From: Candidatus Micrarchaeota archaeon
GTDB taxonomy: Archaea > Micrarchaeota > Micrarchaeia > CABMEP01
Length of the DNA: 64,000 nt
Direction: 5' to 3'
NCBI GenBank assembly: GCA_964358895.1
Contig: CAYHPR010000001.1
Coordinates: 9,218-73,217 of the forward strand
The translations under genes and the position numbers were made by a program. Positions 37,186 through 46,708 of this stretch are shown in pieces. The notes beneath the pieces are model-generated. The model had not been told where the DNA came from and searched no databases. It was given only the letters and a program-made list of their open reading frames with translations. Each line of letters starts with the position of its first letter. Positions within the stretch are counted from its first letter, which is position 1.

Positions 37186-37920
37186 TTACTTTTTATCCTT
37201 GTCATCTGCTGAAGACGGTGCCACTACATTTGGCTTTGCAGTCACAGTTGGAGAAGGCGCCGCTTCGGTTGGCTTCTCAATTACAATTTTTTCTTCAGCG
37301 TATTTTATGACCTTTGGAACTGCAACAATAACTCCTGCTTTCTTGTCAGGAAATACTATTCCAGGTGGTGCTATTGAAACACGGATATTGACTGCACCGT
37401 ATTTAGGACGCGCAGTAACGAATGCTTTCCTTATTAGTCTAGTAACGTCTCCAGCTTTTGGCAGATATCCCCATGCAACACGCATCGATCGAGCTTTTCC
37501 TCCTTTCGCAACAATCTTTCCGCCGACAATAATTTCTGCACCCTGTGCACCTGCATCAATAATTCTTTTTAATGCTGCATGAACAGTTGGACGAATTGGC
37601 TTATCTGATTCTATTCTTCTTGCGATAGATCTGCCAACAAGTTGTGGCTCAAGTTCTGGTTGTTCAACAGGAACGACTGCTATCTGAGGATCTGCAACGC
37701 CGAATTTTTGTGAAATCAGATCAGTAAGTCTCTTTATTGATCTTCCTTTCTTACCAATGAGTCTGCCAGGATTTGCAACTTCAACAGTAATTCGTGTAAC
37801 CATCGGGGTTCGTTGAATGCTTACGCTGCTGAAACCAACTCTCTCCAGATTCTGCTTAAGAAATGTAGCGACGTTGTATCTTGCCAATGCATCTTCAATA
37901 AATTTTCTTTCAATTGCCAT
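37186..37920 (-). CDS. rps3: 30S ribosomal protein S3 (uS3)
   Basis: MAIERKFI, PGRLIGKKG KH motif, GAQGAEI. Confidence 0.95.
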   Translation of the reverse strand: MAIERKFIEDALARYNVATFLKQNLERVGFSSVSIQRTPMVTRITVEVANPGRLIGKKGRSIKRLTDLISQKFGVADPQIAVVPVEQPELEPQLVGRSIARRIESDKPIRPTVHAALKRIIDAGAQGAEIIVGGKIVAKGGKARSMRVAWGYLPKAGDVTRLIRKAFVTARPKYGAVNIRVSIAPPGIVFPDKKAGVIVAVPKVIKYAEEKIVIEKPTEAAPSPTVTAKPNVVAPSSADDKDKK

Positions 37921-37924
37921 AATT

Positions 37925-38656
37925 TCACTCTTCTTTGGTTTCTTTAGCTTTTGATTTTGCTGCTCTTTCCTTTTTCGGCTTTGCTCCTTCTGTTTTGGAT
38001 TCTGTTATTGATTCCGTTTTTGGTTTTGCTTCTGAGGTTTTTGTTTCAGTTATCTTTGCAACAGTTGGAATCACCTGCTTTTCAGGAACCTTTCCTTTTT
38101 CTTCTTTGACTTTTTGAACAGCTTCTTTGATCTCTTCACGTTTTTTGCCTGCTTCTTCTGAAACAAATTTCTTTAGGGTTGCCTGCTTCTTTGATTCTTC
38201 TGAAGCAACGCCTGCAAGAATTATTTCAACCCGTGAAGTCTCATAATCTGAACGAACCTGTCTGCCCTTTGATTGGGTTCTAGGATAAATTGTTTGTTTG
38301 TTAGCAGCCGCATGAATCACTTTTGTATCGGACATACCCTTTGCTGTTGCATTCGCAATTGCATTCTGCAAAACCATTGCAACAAATTTAGCTGATTTGA
38401 TAGGATACCTTCCTTTCTGTCCATCAAGTTCACGTCTATGACCCAGCTTCGTATTCCATCTTCTGTAAAGAACGGGAAATCCGTTTGCAACTGATTCTAG
38501 ATACTTGACAGCATCCTCTGTACTTAAACCTCTAACATTATCACAAACTGCACAAAGGTCCTTGAACGATGCATCGATGTTGTATTGCTGCGCTTTCGCT
38601 ACCTCAGTACCTGGCACAAGTTTCGACATGTTAAATCCGTATTCGTAATGTGGCAT
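37925..38656 (-). CDS. rpl22: 50S ribosomal protein L22 (uL22) with long charged C-terminal tail
   Basis: GHR, GRYP.KSA, L.NA.ANA. Confidence 0.93.
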   Translation of the reverse strand: MPHYEYGFNMSKLVPGTEVAKAQQYNIDASFKDLCAVCDNVRGLSTEDAVKYLESVANGFPVLYRRWNTKLGHRRELDGQKGRYPIKSAKFVAMVLQNAIANATAKGMSDTKVIHAAANKQTIYPRTQSKGRQVRSDYETSRVEIILAGVASEESKKQATLKKFVSEEAGKKREEIKEAVQKVKEEKGKVPEKQVIPTVAKITETKTSEAKPKTESITESKTEGAKPKKERAAKSKAKETKEE

Positions 38657-38690
38657 AATCTCACTATCAACGTATTCATTTCAACTATCA

Positions 38691-39074
38691 TCACTTCAAT
38701 GGCAAGAACTTCGAACCTCTAGTTGCTCCAACACCTGGACCACTGTGTAATACACGTCCAGTTGTATGAACGAAGTCACCGAGTCTCTTGCCGATCATTT
38801 CTGGCACGATAACGACTTGTTTGAACTCTTTCCCTCCATGAATCTGGAATGTAACTCCGACCCATTGCGGGACGATTAATGCTTCACGAAGCTGCGTTTT
38901 GACTGGCTTCGCTGTGCCTATTTTCTTCACCTTTTTAACAAGTTCTCTGTAATCAAGCGGTGATCGCTTGAGATATCTCCTTGCGTGGCTATCTACCATT
39001 TTTGCAAATTCATCTAATGGCAATGCTATGAGCTCCTCAATGCTTTTTCCGTGGAATATAAATTTTCGTGCCAT
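38691..39074 (-). CDS. rps19: 30S ribosomal protein S19 (uS19)
   Basis: PEMIG.RLGDF, H.GPGVGATRGS.F.PLK. Confidence 0.96.
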   Translation of the reverse strand: MARKFIFHGKSIEELIALPLDEFAKMVDSHARRYLKRSPLDYRELVKKVKKIGTAKPVKTQLREALIVPQWVGVTFQIHGGKEFKQVVIVPEMIGKRLGDFVHTTGRVLHSGPGVGATRGSKFLPLK

Positions 39075-39094
39075 ATTATTACCTAAGTATTAAC

Positions 39095-39853
39095 TCATTC
39101 AGTTGCTTCTTGTACAGCTCTCTTCTTCTTTCCTTTGTTACGTCCGGTTGATGCTGCACCAACTAAACCAACCTTCTGTCCTGGAGGTGCAGATCTTCCA
39201 ACAACATTAGAACGACCAGAATGGTGCTGCTTTCCACCGTATGGGTGGTCGTATGCAGACATTGCAACTCCTCTTGATTTTGGCCAGTAAGCTGCCTTCG
39301 CATTCATCATGTGGAACTTCTTTCCAGCTTTGAATATAGGTCTGTCAAGTCTTCCACCAACAGATACGATACCTATCTGTGCTCTGCATCTTCCGTCAAG
39401 AATCTTAACTTTTTTCGAAGGAAGTGAAACATAAACTTTATCGCCTGCATGTGAGACAATTGTTGCAGAGGTACCTGCAGCTCTCACAAGCTTTCCGCCA
39501 TCACCAGGTACAATCTCAAGATTGAATATTGGAGATCCATCAGGAATTGCAGATAAAGGTAAAACGTTTCCAATATTGACTGATGCTTGCGCACCGAATT
39601 GAAGCGTATCGCCTAAAGCAATACCTTCTGGTGCAAGCAGATTAATTTCTTTTCCTGTCTCATCTTTTATAGACATCAGCAACCCGCTACGAGCTGGATC
39701 ATTAACAAAATCAATCACTTGACCAGTAACAACTGAAGTCTTCTCTTTGTCATCATAAGTTCTGAACATAATGCGCGCATAATAAAGGTGGCTAGGCGCT
39801 GTGAATGGCGGCTTGCCCTTTCCTCTTCGTTGCTGATTCAGTGGTTTACCCAT
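39095..39853 (-). CDS. rpl2: 50S ribosomal protein L2 (uL2)
   Basis: MGK...QRRG, DPAR, GDGGKLVR.AG, RGVAM...DHPYGG, PPGQKVG. Confidence 0.97.
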   Translation of the reverse strand: MGKPLNQQRRGKGKPPFTAPSHLYYARIMFRTYDDKEKTSVVTGQVIDFVNDPARSGLLMSIKDETGKEINLLAPEGIALGDTLQFGAQASVNIGNVLPLSAIPDGSPIFNLEIVPGDGGKLVRAAGTSATIVSHAGDKVYVSLPSKKVKILDGRCRAQIGIVSVGGRLDRPIFKAGKKFHMMNAKAAYWPKSRGVAMSAYDHPYGGKQHHSGRSNVVGRSAPPGQKVGLVGAASTGRNKGKKKRAVQEATE

Positions 39854-39935
39854 ATAGACACCTACGGTTTCTATTATTTCCTAGTCATTTTCTTACTATT
39901 ATTTCATCATTTCCTAGACATTTTTTTACTACTGT
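39854..39935 (-). repeat. Leader motif units upstream of rpl2, with mini-ORFs at 39907-39921 and 39874-39888
   Basis: ATGTCTAGGAAATGA...ATGACTAGGAAATAATAGAAACCGTAGGTGTCTAT-ATG. Confidence 0.72.
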
Positions 39936-39946
39936 AATTTCATTCT

Positions 39947-40192
39947 CTACAATATCTTGAGTTTTGATGCGATATCCATCGCAGGAAACTCTTTCTTCAA
40001 TTTTACGAAAGCTATTTTTTTTCCATGAAATGTATTGTGAATACGAACTCCTGCAACTTTTACCTGAAATTCTGTTTCTATGTGCTCTTTCACTTGTTTC
40101 TTACCTGCTTCCTTTTCGATAGCGAACACTATCGTATTATTCTTCGAAATCTGATTAATTGCTTTTTCAGTTGCAACGGGATAAATCATCAT
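39947..40192 (-). CDS. rpl23: 50S ribosomal protein L23 (uL23)
   Basis: YP..TEKA, N.IVF, F.VKV, KKIAFVKL, A.DIASKL. Confidence 0.93.
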   Translation of the reverse strand: MMIYPVATEKAINQISKNNTIVFAIEKEAGKKQVKEHIETEFQVKVAGVRIHNTFHGKKIAFVKLKKEFPAMDIASKLKIL

Positions 40193-40230
40193 AATAAACA
40201 CCTACAGTTTTTATCATTTCCTAGTCATAT

Positions 40231-41001
40231 TCATTGTAATTTTTTAAGGGCTGACACACTCCATATCGTCAATCTTCCAGGTCTTCCACCTGGTGCCAGC
40301 TGTGAAACTTTCACTTCATCGACCTTTGCAACATCAACACCTGGAATGTTGTGTGCTGCTTTAAGCAACGGTTTCTGACCAGAAACAACAATGAGAATAG
40401 ATCTAGGCGTCTTTACTCCTCCTTTTCTGCTCGTTCTTGCTTTTCTTCCTCGCTTAACTCTGTCAACATCCGTATCAATCTTAATTTTCCCAAGTATGCT
40501 CATAACATCCTTCGTCTTTTTTACTTCTTCGAAACCATCCTCAATAATTATTGGAAATTGAATATCAACCTTGTGAACTGCTTTTACCAAATTTCCATAT
40601 GCAGTAGCGGCAATTGCTGATCGAAGTGCTTTCTTCTTTTCTTTTTCGTTTATCCTTTCGAACAACACTTTTTCTGGATGTGGAGGATGTGCTGCTCTTC
40701 CTTTGACAGCCCACGGAACAATTCTCACAGGACCGAATCGGCCTTTTGGAAACATTACGCGCGGAAGCATAGGCTGACCTTTATTCTTAAGACTGTGATA
40801 AGCCTCTTTTCTTCCAACGTATCTTGCAGTTGTTTGAAGACCTGCACGATAGAAATTACCCTTCGGCTGCAACTTTTCAGATTCTTCTGAAAGCACTGCA
40901 CGTTTGATAAGATCTTCTCTTACTTCGTCGTCAAATGTTGAAGGAAGTTCGATCTTGTCCTTCGCAGTTCCATCCATTGAATAAACATTAACTTTTGTCA
41001 T
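40231..41001 (-). CDS. rpl4: 50S ribosomal protein L4 (uL4)
   Basis: VR.DLIKRA, GRAAHPP, NIPGVD, LAPGG.PGRLTIWS. Confidence 0.96.
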   Translation of the reverse strand: MTKVNVYSMDGTAKDKIELPSTFDDEVREDLIKRAVLSEESEKLQPKGNFYRAGLQTTARYVGRKEAYHSLKNKGQPMLPRVMFPKGRFGPVRIVPWAVKGRAAHPPHPEKVLFERINEKEKKKALRSAIAATAYGNLVKAVHKVDIQFPIIIEDGFEEVKKTKDVMSILGKIKIDTDVDRVKRGRKARTSRKGGVKTPRSILIVVSGQKPLLKAAHNIPGVDVAKVDEVKVSQLAPGGRPGRLTIWSVSALKKLQ

Positions 41002-41061
41002 AATAACAACCTACGGTTTTGTATTTTCTAGTCATTTTATTTCCTAATCATTTTTTACTTA

Positions 41062-42036
41062 TTATCTAACTGCAACATACGTAATCTGCGGTTTCCTAAC
41101 TGCCGTTGGAGTTGGAGACCTGACTCCTTTTCTTAAAAATACGAATCGCTTCTGCGTGCCTGGCACTGAACCTCTGACTAACACGTAATCCGTTTTCACA
41201 TTTCCGTACTGTGGAAAACCTGATGAACGATTGATCTTTGAAGGATCATTACCTATTATGAGAACTCGATTGTTATACTGTGTTCTGCGATGAAAACCCA
41301 TCTGACCTGCTTGAGGAGCCGTATACATAACGTATGAAGGGTGCCACGGTCCAAGCGTTCCAACGTGTCTGACACGTCCTGTTGCCTTCCTTCTCTGTTT
41401 ATGAATATTAAATCTCTTTATTGCTCCTTGCCACCCATGTCCTCGTGAAACAGAGATTGTATCAACATATTCCCCTTCTTCTAAAACGTCTTTAACCGCT
41501 ACTTCTTTTCCAAGAAGTGGCTTGAGAAATTCAATCTGTTCAGCACATGACTTACCGCCGAGTGCAATTTCAACAACTTCTCCGTACTTCCTAGGAGTTC
41601 CAGCTGATTTTGGATCTGTGAAACAAAGAGCAGCAACATAACAACCTTCCATTGAAAGTTTTGACATCCATTCGAAATCCTTATGCTTCGTATCCTTCTT
41701 CATGCCAAGTTTGGATGCGATTTGCGGCTGAGAGGAAATGACATCTCCGAGACATTTAACGCCGTATGGAGTTATCTTGTAGAGACGAGCTCCAATAAGT
41801 GTGACTTTTGGTGCCTCAAGAATAGTAGCAGCTATTGTGACATCCATTCCCTTTGAGGGTGAAGCAGTGTCATCAATGACTCCGATAGAGGTCATGCCGA
41901 CCTTGTAAACAGGAAATCCAAGGAACCCAAGCTTGTCTGTATGCCTCCAGCTGGAGATGCGTGGTGAAAGATCGTCAGATCTCTTCCTTGGTTTATATGC
42001 GAGCGAACCCGCTCTTGGCTTATGATTTGTTCCCAT
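41062..42036 (-). CDS. rpl3: 50S ribosomal protein L3 (uL3)
   Basis: PR.GSLAY.PRKR, YKVGMT, GTLGPWHP, AGQMGFHRRT, GSVPG. Confidence 0.97.
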   Translation of the reverse strand: MGTNHKPRAGSLAYKPRKRSDDLSPRISSWRHTDKLGFLGFPVYKVGMTSIGVIDDTASPSKGMDVTIAATILEAPKVTLIGARLYKITPYGVKCLGDVISSQPQIASKLGMKKDTKHKDFEWMSKLSMEGCYVAALCFTDPKSAGTPRKYGEVVEIALGGKSCAEQIEFLKPLLGKEVAVKDVLEEGEYVDTISVSRGHGWQGAIKRFNIHKQRRKATGRVRHVGTLGPWHPSYVMYTAPQAGQMGFHRRTQYNNRVLIIGNDPSKINRSSGFPQYGNVKTDYVLVRGSVPGTQKRFVFLRKGVRSPTPTAVRKPQITYVAVR

Positions 42037-42207
42037 TATGCTCACTAACGTCAATAACTGTTACAGAATGCATGTACAACAAGATGTCGTACAAAACGAA
42101 CTGAACTTTTCTAACGCCGGATTCGATTTCTGAAGAAAAACCGATATAACTAATAGGGTAAAAAGATTTTAAATACTTTACTGTCTTGAACTGGGCTTGA
42201 ACTTAAG

Positions 42208-42654
42208 CTAGACTTCACTAAATACTGTAATTCCGTACCTGCTTTTTAGAAGTCTAGAGATTATTGATTCATCTAACTCATTAAAATGAGATTTCATCAT
42301 ACGATTGGCACACGTTGACTTGACATATTCTGAAGTTATTCCGATAGAAACTTGATGTAACATGTCGTAATATTCCATAAGGATATTCAAGGTTCCATAT
42401 ATAGAACTTAACGATAGCTGAGGATGTCTCGGAGATAGATCTCTTTTTTCTATTTTCTTAAACCTGACCCCTTTAGTTTCGAAACTCTTTTTTATTTCAA
42501 GTATCTCTTCGAGTAGAAGCTTATGATTATTGGTTTTAGGAGTAGTTTGAAAGGTAATAAAAAATCCGTTAAAGGTTTGATTTGAATAGTCTAGAGGATA
42601 GTTAGGAATTTTAGAAGCAGTGTTTACAGACAATATTTTAAATTTTGATTTCAT
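42208..42654 (-). CDS. Hypothetical protein, tandem paralog A
   Basis: shares ASKI.N.PL.YS and EEILEIKKSFET.GV.FKKIEKR with 42705-43148. Confidence 0.7.
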   Translation of the reverse strand: MKSKFKILSVNTASKIPNYPLDYSNQTFNGFFITFQTTPKTNNHKLLLEEILEIKKSFETKGVRFKKIEKRDLSPRHPQLSLSSIYGTLNILMEYYDMLHQVSIGITSEYVKSTCANRMMKSHFNELDESIISRLLKSRYGITVFSEV

Positions 42655-42704
42655 AGATATCCTATTCTTTTAGTATACGATAAGGTATTAGCTTGGAATC
42701 ATTC

Positions 42705-43148
42705 CTACTGAAATTTAACTCTATAACGACTTTCCAGGAGTTTAGTAATTATAGAGTCATCTAATTCACTAAACTGAACCGTCTGAACGCGTTGAACAGG
42801 AGACAACAAGTTACGATATTCTGGCATAATCCCTATAGACACCTCGTGTAACCCGCCATCAAATTCAAGGATAACGTTTAATGTCTCAGAAACAGAACTT
42901 AGGAAATACTGGATAACTTGTGGGGCTGTTTTTCTTTTTTCTATTTTTTTAAATTTGACACCCTCAGTTTCAAAACTCTTTTTTATTTCGAGAATCTCCT
43001 CATGTATAATACTCCGACTATGTTTATTAGGTTTAATTTGAAAACCAAGGCAGACTCCATTGAGTTTTGGCTTTGAATAACTCAGTGGATGATTGTAGAT
43101 TTTAGAAGCTGAAATAACGTTTAATATTTCTAATTTTGATTTTACCAT
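42705..43148 (-). CDS. Hypothetical protein, tandem paralog B
   Basis: aligns along its full length with 42208-42654. Confidence 0.7.
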   Translation of the reverse strand: MVKSKLEILNVISASKIYNHPLSYSKPKLNGVCLGFQIKPNKHSRSIIHEEILEIKKSFETEGVKFKKIEKRKTAPQVIQYFLSSVSETLNVILEFDGGLHEVSIGIMPEYRNLLSPVQRVQTVQFSELDDSIITKLLESRYRVKFQ

Positions 43149-43216
43149 GGCAATCCTATTCTGTTTTTCTTAATATACTTTACTGTTTTGAACCAAGACT
43201 TAAACGTAATTTAAAC

Positions 43217-43528
43217 TTAGTTAGTATATGCATTCAAACGATCTAATTTCTCAATAATCATTTTTACAATCTCTTTTGGTTCAGTTATTTTATAAGTGAT
43301 TCCGTCCATTGGATTATATAATGCAACTTTCTCATATTTCAGTCTAGTTCTCTCAACAGTTTTCCTGACTTTGAGACCTACGTTACTTTTTTCAGCAACT
43401 GTACTATGCATAGGTGTCAAATGAGTTAAGGAAATTGTTTTGCCCCTTCGATCTAATGAGATATTTGCAATTCCCCTATTCTGAAGACGTTGAATTTGCC
43501 GTGCGACTGTTAAGATTCTTATTTTCAT
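43217..43528 (-). CDS. Hypothetical basic protein
   Basis: ORF fills the gap and is co-oriented with neighbours. Confidence 0.55.
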   Translation of the reverse strand: MKIRILTVARQIQRLQNRGIANISLDRRGKTISLTHLTPMHSTVAEKSNVGLKVRKTVERTRLKYEKVALYNPMDGITYKITEPKEIVKMIIEKLDRLNAYTN

Positions 43529-43566
43529 AAAAACATAACTCAAAACTTAATTTATTTTGCAAGGAT

Positions 43567-44556
43567 TTAACAGACATTTGAAAGTGATCCAACTCGCTCA
43601 CTGTGTCCTGCATCGATGAACTTCTCGAGTTCGTTAGCTAATTTGGCCTTGTTCTCTTCACTCATTGGTACCAGAGGTAGGCGTACACCGGATAAACACA
43701 TGTTCAGTATTTCCATTGCAGTCTTAATTGGCACAGGGTTTGTCTCGATAAATAACATCTTAACCAATGGAAGCATCCTGCGATGAATCTTTTCTGCTTC
43801 TTCAGGATCGCCTCGCTCAAATGCTTCAATCATTTCGGCAGTTTCATTTGGAAAAAGATTAGCAACGACGGAGATAACACCTGTACCTCCTATAGACAAG
43901 ACATCAAATGTTAAGGCATCATCACCTGACAATAATGCAATTTTATTCCCACATAAAGAAATAATTTTAGACATCTGATCAATATTTCCAGATGCTTCCT
44001 TAATGCCGACAACGGTAGGAAAATCACGATAAATACGTGCCATAGTTTCTGGCACCATATTCACGGCAGTTCGAGAAGGTATGTTATAAATAATAAGCGG
44101 AAGATTGCTTTCTTGAGTTATTACCTTATAGTGTTGGTAAAGACCTTCTTGAGTAGGCTTGTTGTAATAAGGGCAGATCACTAGTGCTGCATCTGCTCCT
44201 GCAAGTTCAGCAGCCTTAGTAAGTTTCACAGCCTCGTAAGTACTATTTGACCCCGTTCCAGGAATAACTAATTTATGGCCATCCACAAACTCTATGACCC
44301 GCTTAATAATTTCCACTTGCTCTTCATGATCCAACGTTGGAGATTCGCCAGTTGTTCCGCACGGAACTATTCCGGCCATTTTGGACTTCATATGGCAGTC
44401 TACAAGAGGTTTAAGCGCATCGTAATCTACAGGAGGTTTAAGCGAATTGTGATCTACTGCACCAGCATTGTCCCGTTTGAAAGGCGTAACTAAAGCAACA
44501 AAAGAGCCTCTGAGAATTTCTTTCGCATTTGATTGATTTATTTTTTGATAAACCAT
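43567..44556 (-). CDS. dapA: 4-hydroxy-tetrahydrodipicolinate synthase
   Basis: ALVTPF, GTTGESPTL, PYYNKP, YNIPSRT, GIKEASG, LSGDD, ETNPVPIK. Confidence 0.93.
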   Translation of the reverse strand: MVYQKINQSNAKEILRGSFVALVTPFKRDNAGAVDHNSLKPPVDYDALKPLVDCHMKSKMAGIVPCGTTGESPTLDHEEQVEIIKRVIEFVDGHKLVIPGTGSNSTYEAVKLTKAAELAGADAALVICPYYNKPTQEGLYQHYKVITQESNLPLIIYNIPSRTAVNMVPETMARIYRDFPTVVGIKEASGNIDQMSKIISLCGNKIALLSGDDALTFDVLSIGGTGVISVVANLFPNETAEMIEAFERGDPEEAEKIHRRMLPLVKMLFIETNPVPIKTAMEILNMCLSGVRLPLVPMSEENKAKLANELEKFIDAGHSERVGSLSNVC

Positions 44557-44564
44557 TACATCAC

Positions 44565-45254
44565 TTATACTTTAAATTCTCCGGCATCCTGTTTCTCCGA
44601 GAAAGATTTTACATTTCTAGACAACCATTGATACGGAAGCGATTGCTGGACACTTACGAATTCTTCTTCGGGTATGTTCTGAAGAGTTTGTATGTCATCC
44701 CATGTGCCGGTTAATAACTTTTGTCGGTCACTTTCGGGGATATCTAACAAAAAGGAGAGGTCGTTAACGCGGATAACTTTCTGTTCTAAATCAATCATAA
44801 ACTCCTTATTTGAATTAGCCTCAGCCAGATTCCATAAGTACGCTATTGTCTCTTTAGAAGTGGAAATAAGTGGTAGACCAATAACTGTAGAATTCCCCCT
44901 AAAAATATCAGCAAAAGATTCTGCAATCACTGCTTCAAAACCGCTGTTCGGACCCCACATTCTGAGCAGTGCTTGAGGAGCATGTTCTCTTGAAGACCCA
45001 CACCCGAAGTTACTTCCAGCTATAAGAATTTTTGATCCTCTGTAGATTTCTTCATTAAGCGGATGTGATAATTTGTTTCCGTTAGTATCGTGACGCCTTA
45101 GGTAAAATGCTTTTTCAGCAAGTTTATCCCATGTAACTTTCCTTAGCCAAGGAACAGCTGGAATAATTATGTCTGTATCGATGTCATTCTCTCGAAGCGC
45201 AACTGCTCTTCCTTTTATCTCTTTAAATTTTTGACCAGGTTGGGGTAAACTCAT
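44565..45254 (-). CDS. leuD: 3-isopropylmalate dehydratase small subunit
   Basis: IDTD.IIP, NFGCGSSREHAP, SFADIF. Confidence 0.93.
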   Translation of the reverse strand: MSLPQPGQKFKEIKGRAVALRENDIDTDIIIPAVPWLRKVTWDKLAEKAFYLRRHDTNGNKLSHPLNEEIYRGSKILIAGSNFGCGSSREHAPQALLRMWGPNSGFEAVIAESFADIFRGNSTVIGLPLISTSKETIAYLWNLAEANSNKEFMIDLEQKVIRVNDLSFLLDIPESDRQKLLTGTWDDIQTLQNIPEEEFVSVQQSLPYQWLSRNVKSFSEKQDAGEFKV

Positions 45255-46696
45255 AACATCTCCTTCTCAATTTCTAAAACTTCTCTGACATCTCTTATTT
45301 CACCAGTCAGCGCCGAATAGGTTACTGTTGCTGGACTAGCTAACATAGTACGTGCACCTGGACCCATTCGATTTTCAAAATTACGATTTGACGTTGAAAG
45401 ACAAAGCCTGCCAGCAGCTAACGTGTCTGGATTCATACCTAAACATTGTGAACAACCTGAATCTCTCCATTCAAAACCAGCTTCCTTGAAAATTTCATCT
45501 AAGCCCTCAAGCTCTGCCTTCTGCTTAACAGTTTGAGAACCAGGCACTACTAATGCATTGATATTTGATGAAACCTTTCCTCCTACTTGCTCTATGACCC
45601 ATGCAGCTTGCCTAAGGTCTTCTATACGCCCATTCGTACAGCTTCCGATGAAAGCATCAGTAAAGTTCATCCCCTTGATCGCCATGTCCTCAGGAAGTTG
45701 CATATATTTAAGTGCTTTTTTAACAGTGGCTTTTTCTTTTTCTGGAAGCCTGTCAATTAGTGGAGTTTTACCTGAGACAGGTGATGATTGTCCGGGATTT
45801 GTTCCCCACGTAACCATTGGTTCGATCTCTTCAGCGATAAACTTTACAATATCCTCGTAGTTAGCATCAGAATCAGATGCAACAGAACTCCAGTAGTCTT
45901 TTGCCTTCTCAAACTCTTGACCAACTGGCATAAACTTTCGACCATTAAGATATTCGAAAGTTTTCTCATCCGGATTAACGTAACCGATTTTTGCACCGCC
46001 TTCAATTGTCATATTGCACAATGTAAATCTAGCTTCTTGTGAAAGATCTTCGATAGTGCTGCCGGAATATTCGTAGGCGTAGCCAATCCCGCCGTTAACG
46101 CCCAGCTTGTTTATTACCCAAAGAATTACATCTTTCGCATAAACAGCAGGTGAAAGTAATCCGTTAATTTCTATCTTTCTAACTTTTGGTTGCTTCATAA
46201 TGACAGACTGCCTCGATAAGATCTGCTCGATCTGTGTTGTTCCTACAGCAAATGCAACTGCTCCAAGAGCACCATGTGTACTTGTGTGACTGTCACCGCA
46301 TGCGATAGTAATACCTGGCTGGGACAAACCAAGCTCAGGAGCTATAACGTGAATGATTCCTTGACATTTATGCCCGTATCCAAAAAATAAGATATTATTT
46401 TCGCTCGTATTTCTTTCTATGTGTTGCATCATTTCCTCAATATCGACCTCTGGCATTACTGGCCGTTTTCCGTTTACAAATGGCATAAACGTTGTAGGTT
46501 TTATGTGATCAACTGTAGCTAAAGTATGATTAGGAAATAAAACTTTAAGTCCTCGACGTCTCATGTCTTCGAATGCCTGAGGACTGGTAACTTCATGTAT
46601 CAGATGGAGGCCAACAAATAGAACTGTTGAACCGTCAGGTTGTTTTCTTACGGTGTGCTTATCCCATACTTTTTTAAGTAATGTTTGTCCTCCCAT
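45251..46696 (-). CDS. leuC: 3-isopropylmalate dehydratase large subunit (bacterial type)
   Basis: HEVTSPQAF, CGDSHTSTHGA, IGSCTNGRIEDL, GCSQCLGMN, STSNRNFE. Confidence 0.95.
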   Translation of the reverse strand: MGGQTLLKKVWDKHTVRKQPDGSTVLFVGLHLIHEVTSPQAFEDMRRRGLKVLFPNHTLATVDHIKPTTFMPFVNGKRPVMPEVDIEEMMQHIERNTSENNILFFGYGHKCQGIIHVIAPELGLSQPGITIACGDSHTSTHGALGAVAFAVGTTQIEQILSRQSVIMKQPKVRKIEINGLLSPAVYAKDVILWVINKLGVNGGIGYAYEYSGSTIEDLSQEARFTLCNMTIEGGAKIGYVNPDEKTFEYLNGRKFMPVGQEFEKAKDYWSSVASDSDANYEDIVKFIAEEIEPMVTWGTNPGQSSPVSGKTPLIDRLPEKEKATVKKALKYMQLPEDMAIKGMNFTDAFIGSCTNGRIEDLRQAAWVIEQVGGKVSSNINALVVPGSQTVKQKAELEGLDEIFKEAGFEWRDSGCSQCLGMNPDTLAAGRLCLSTSNRNFENRMGPGARTMLASPATVTYSALTGEIRDVREVLEIEKEML

Positions 46697-46708
46697 TTTT
46701 TTCACCAA

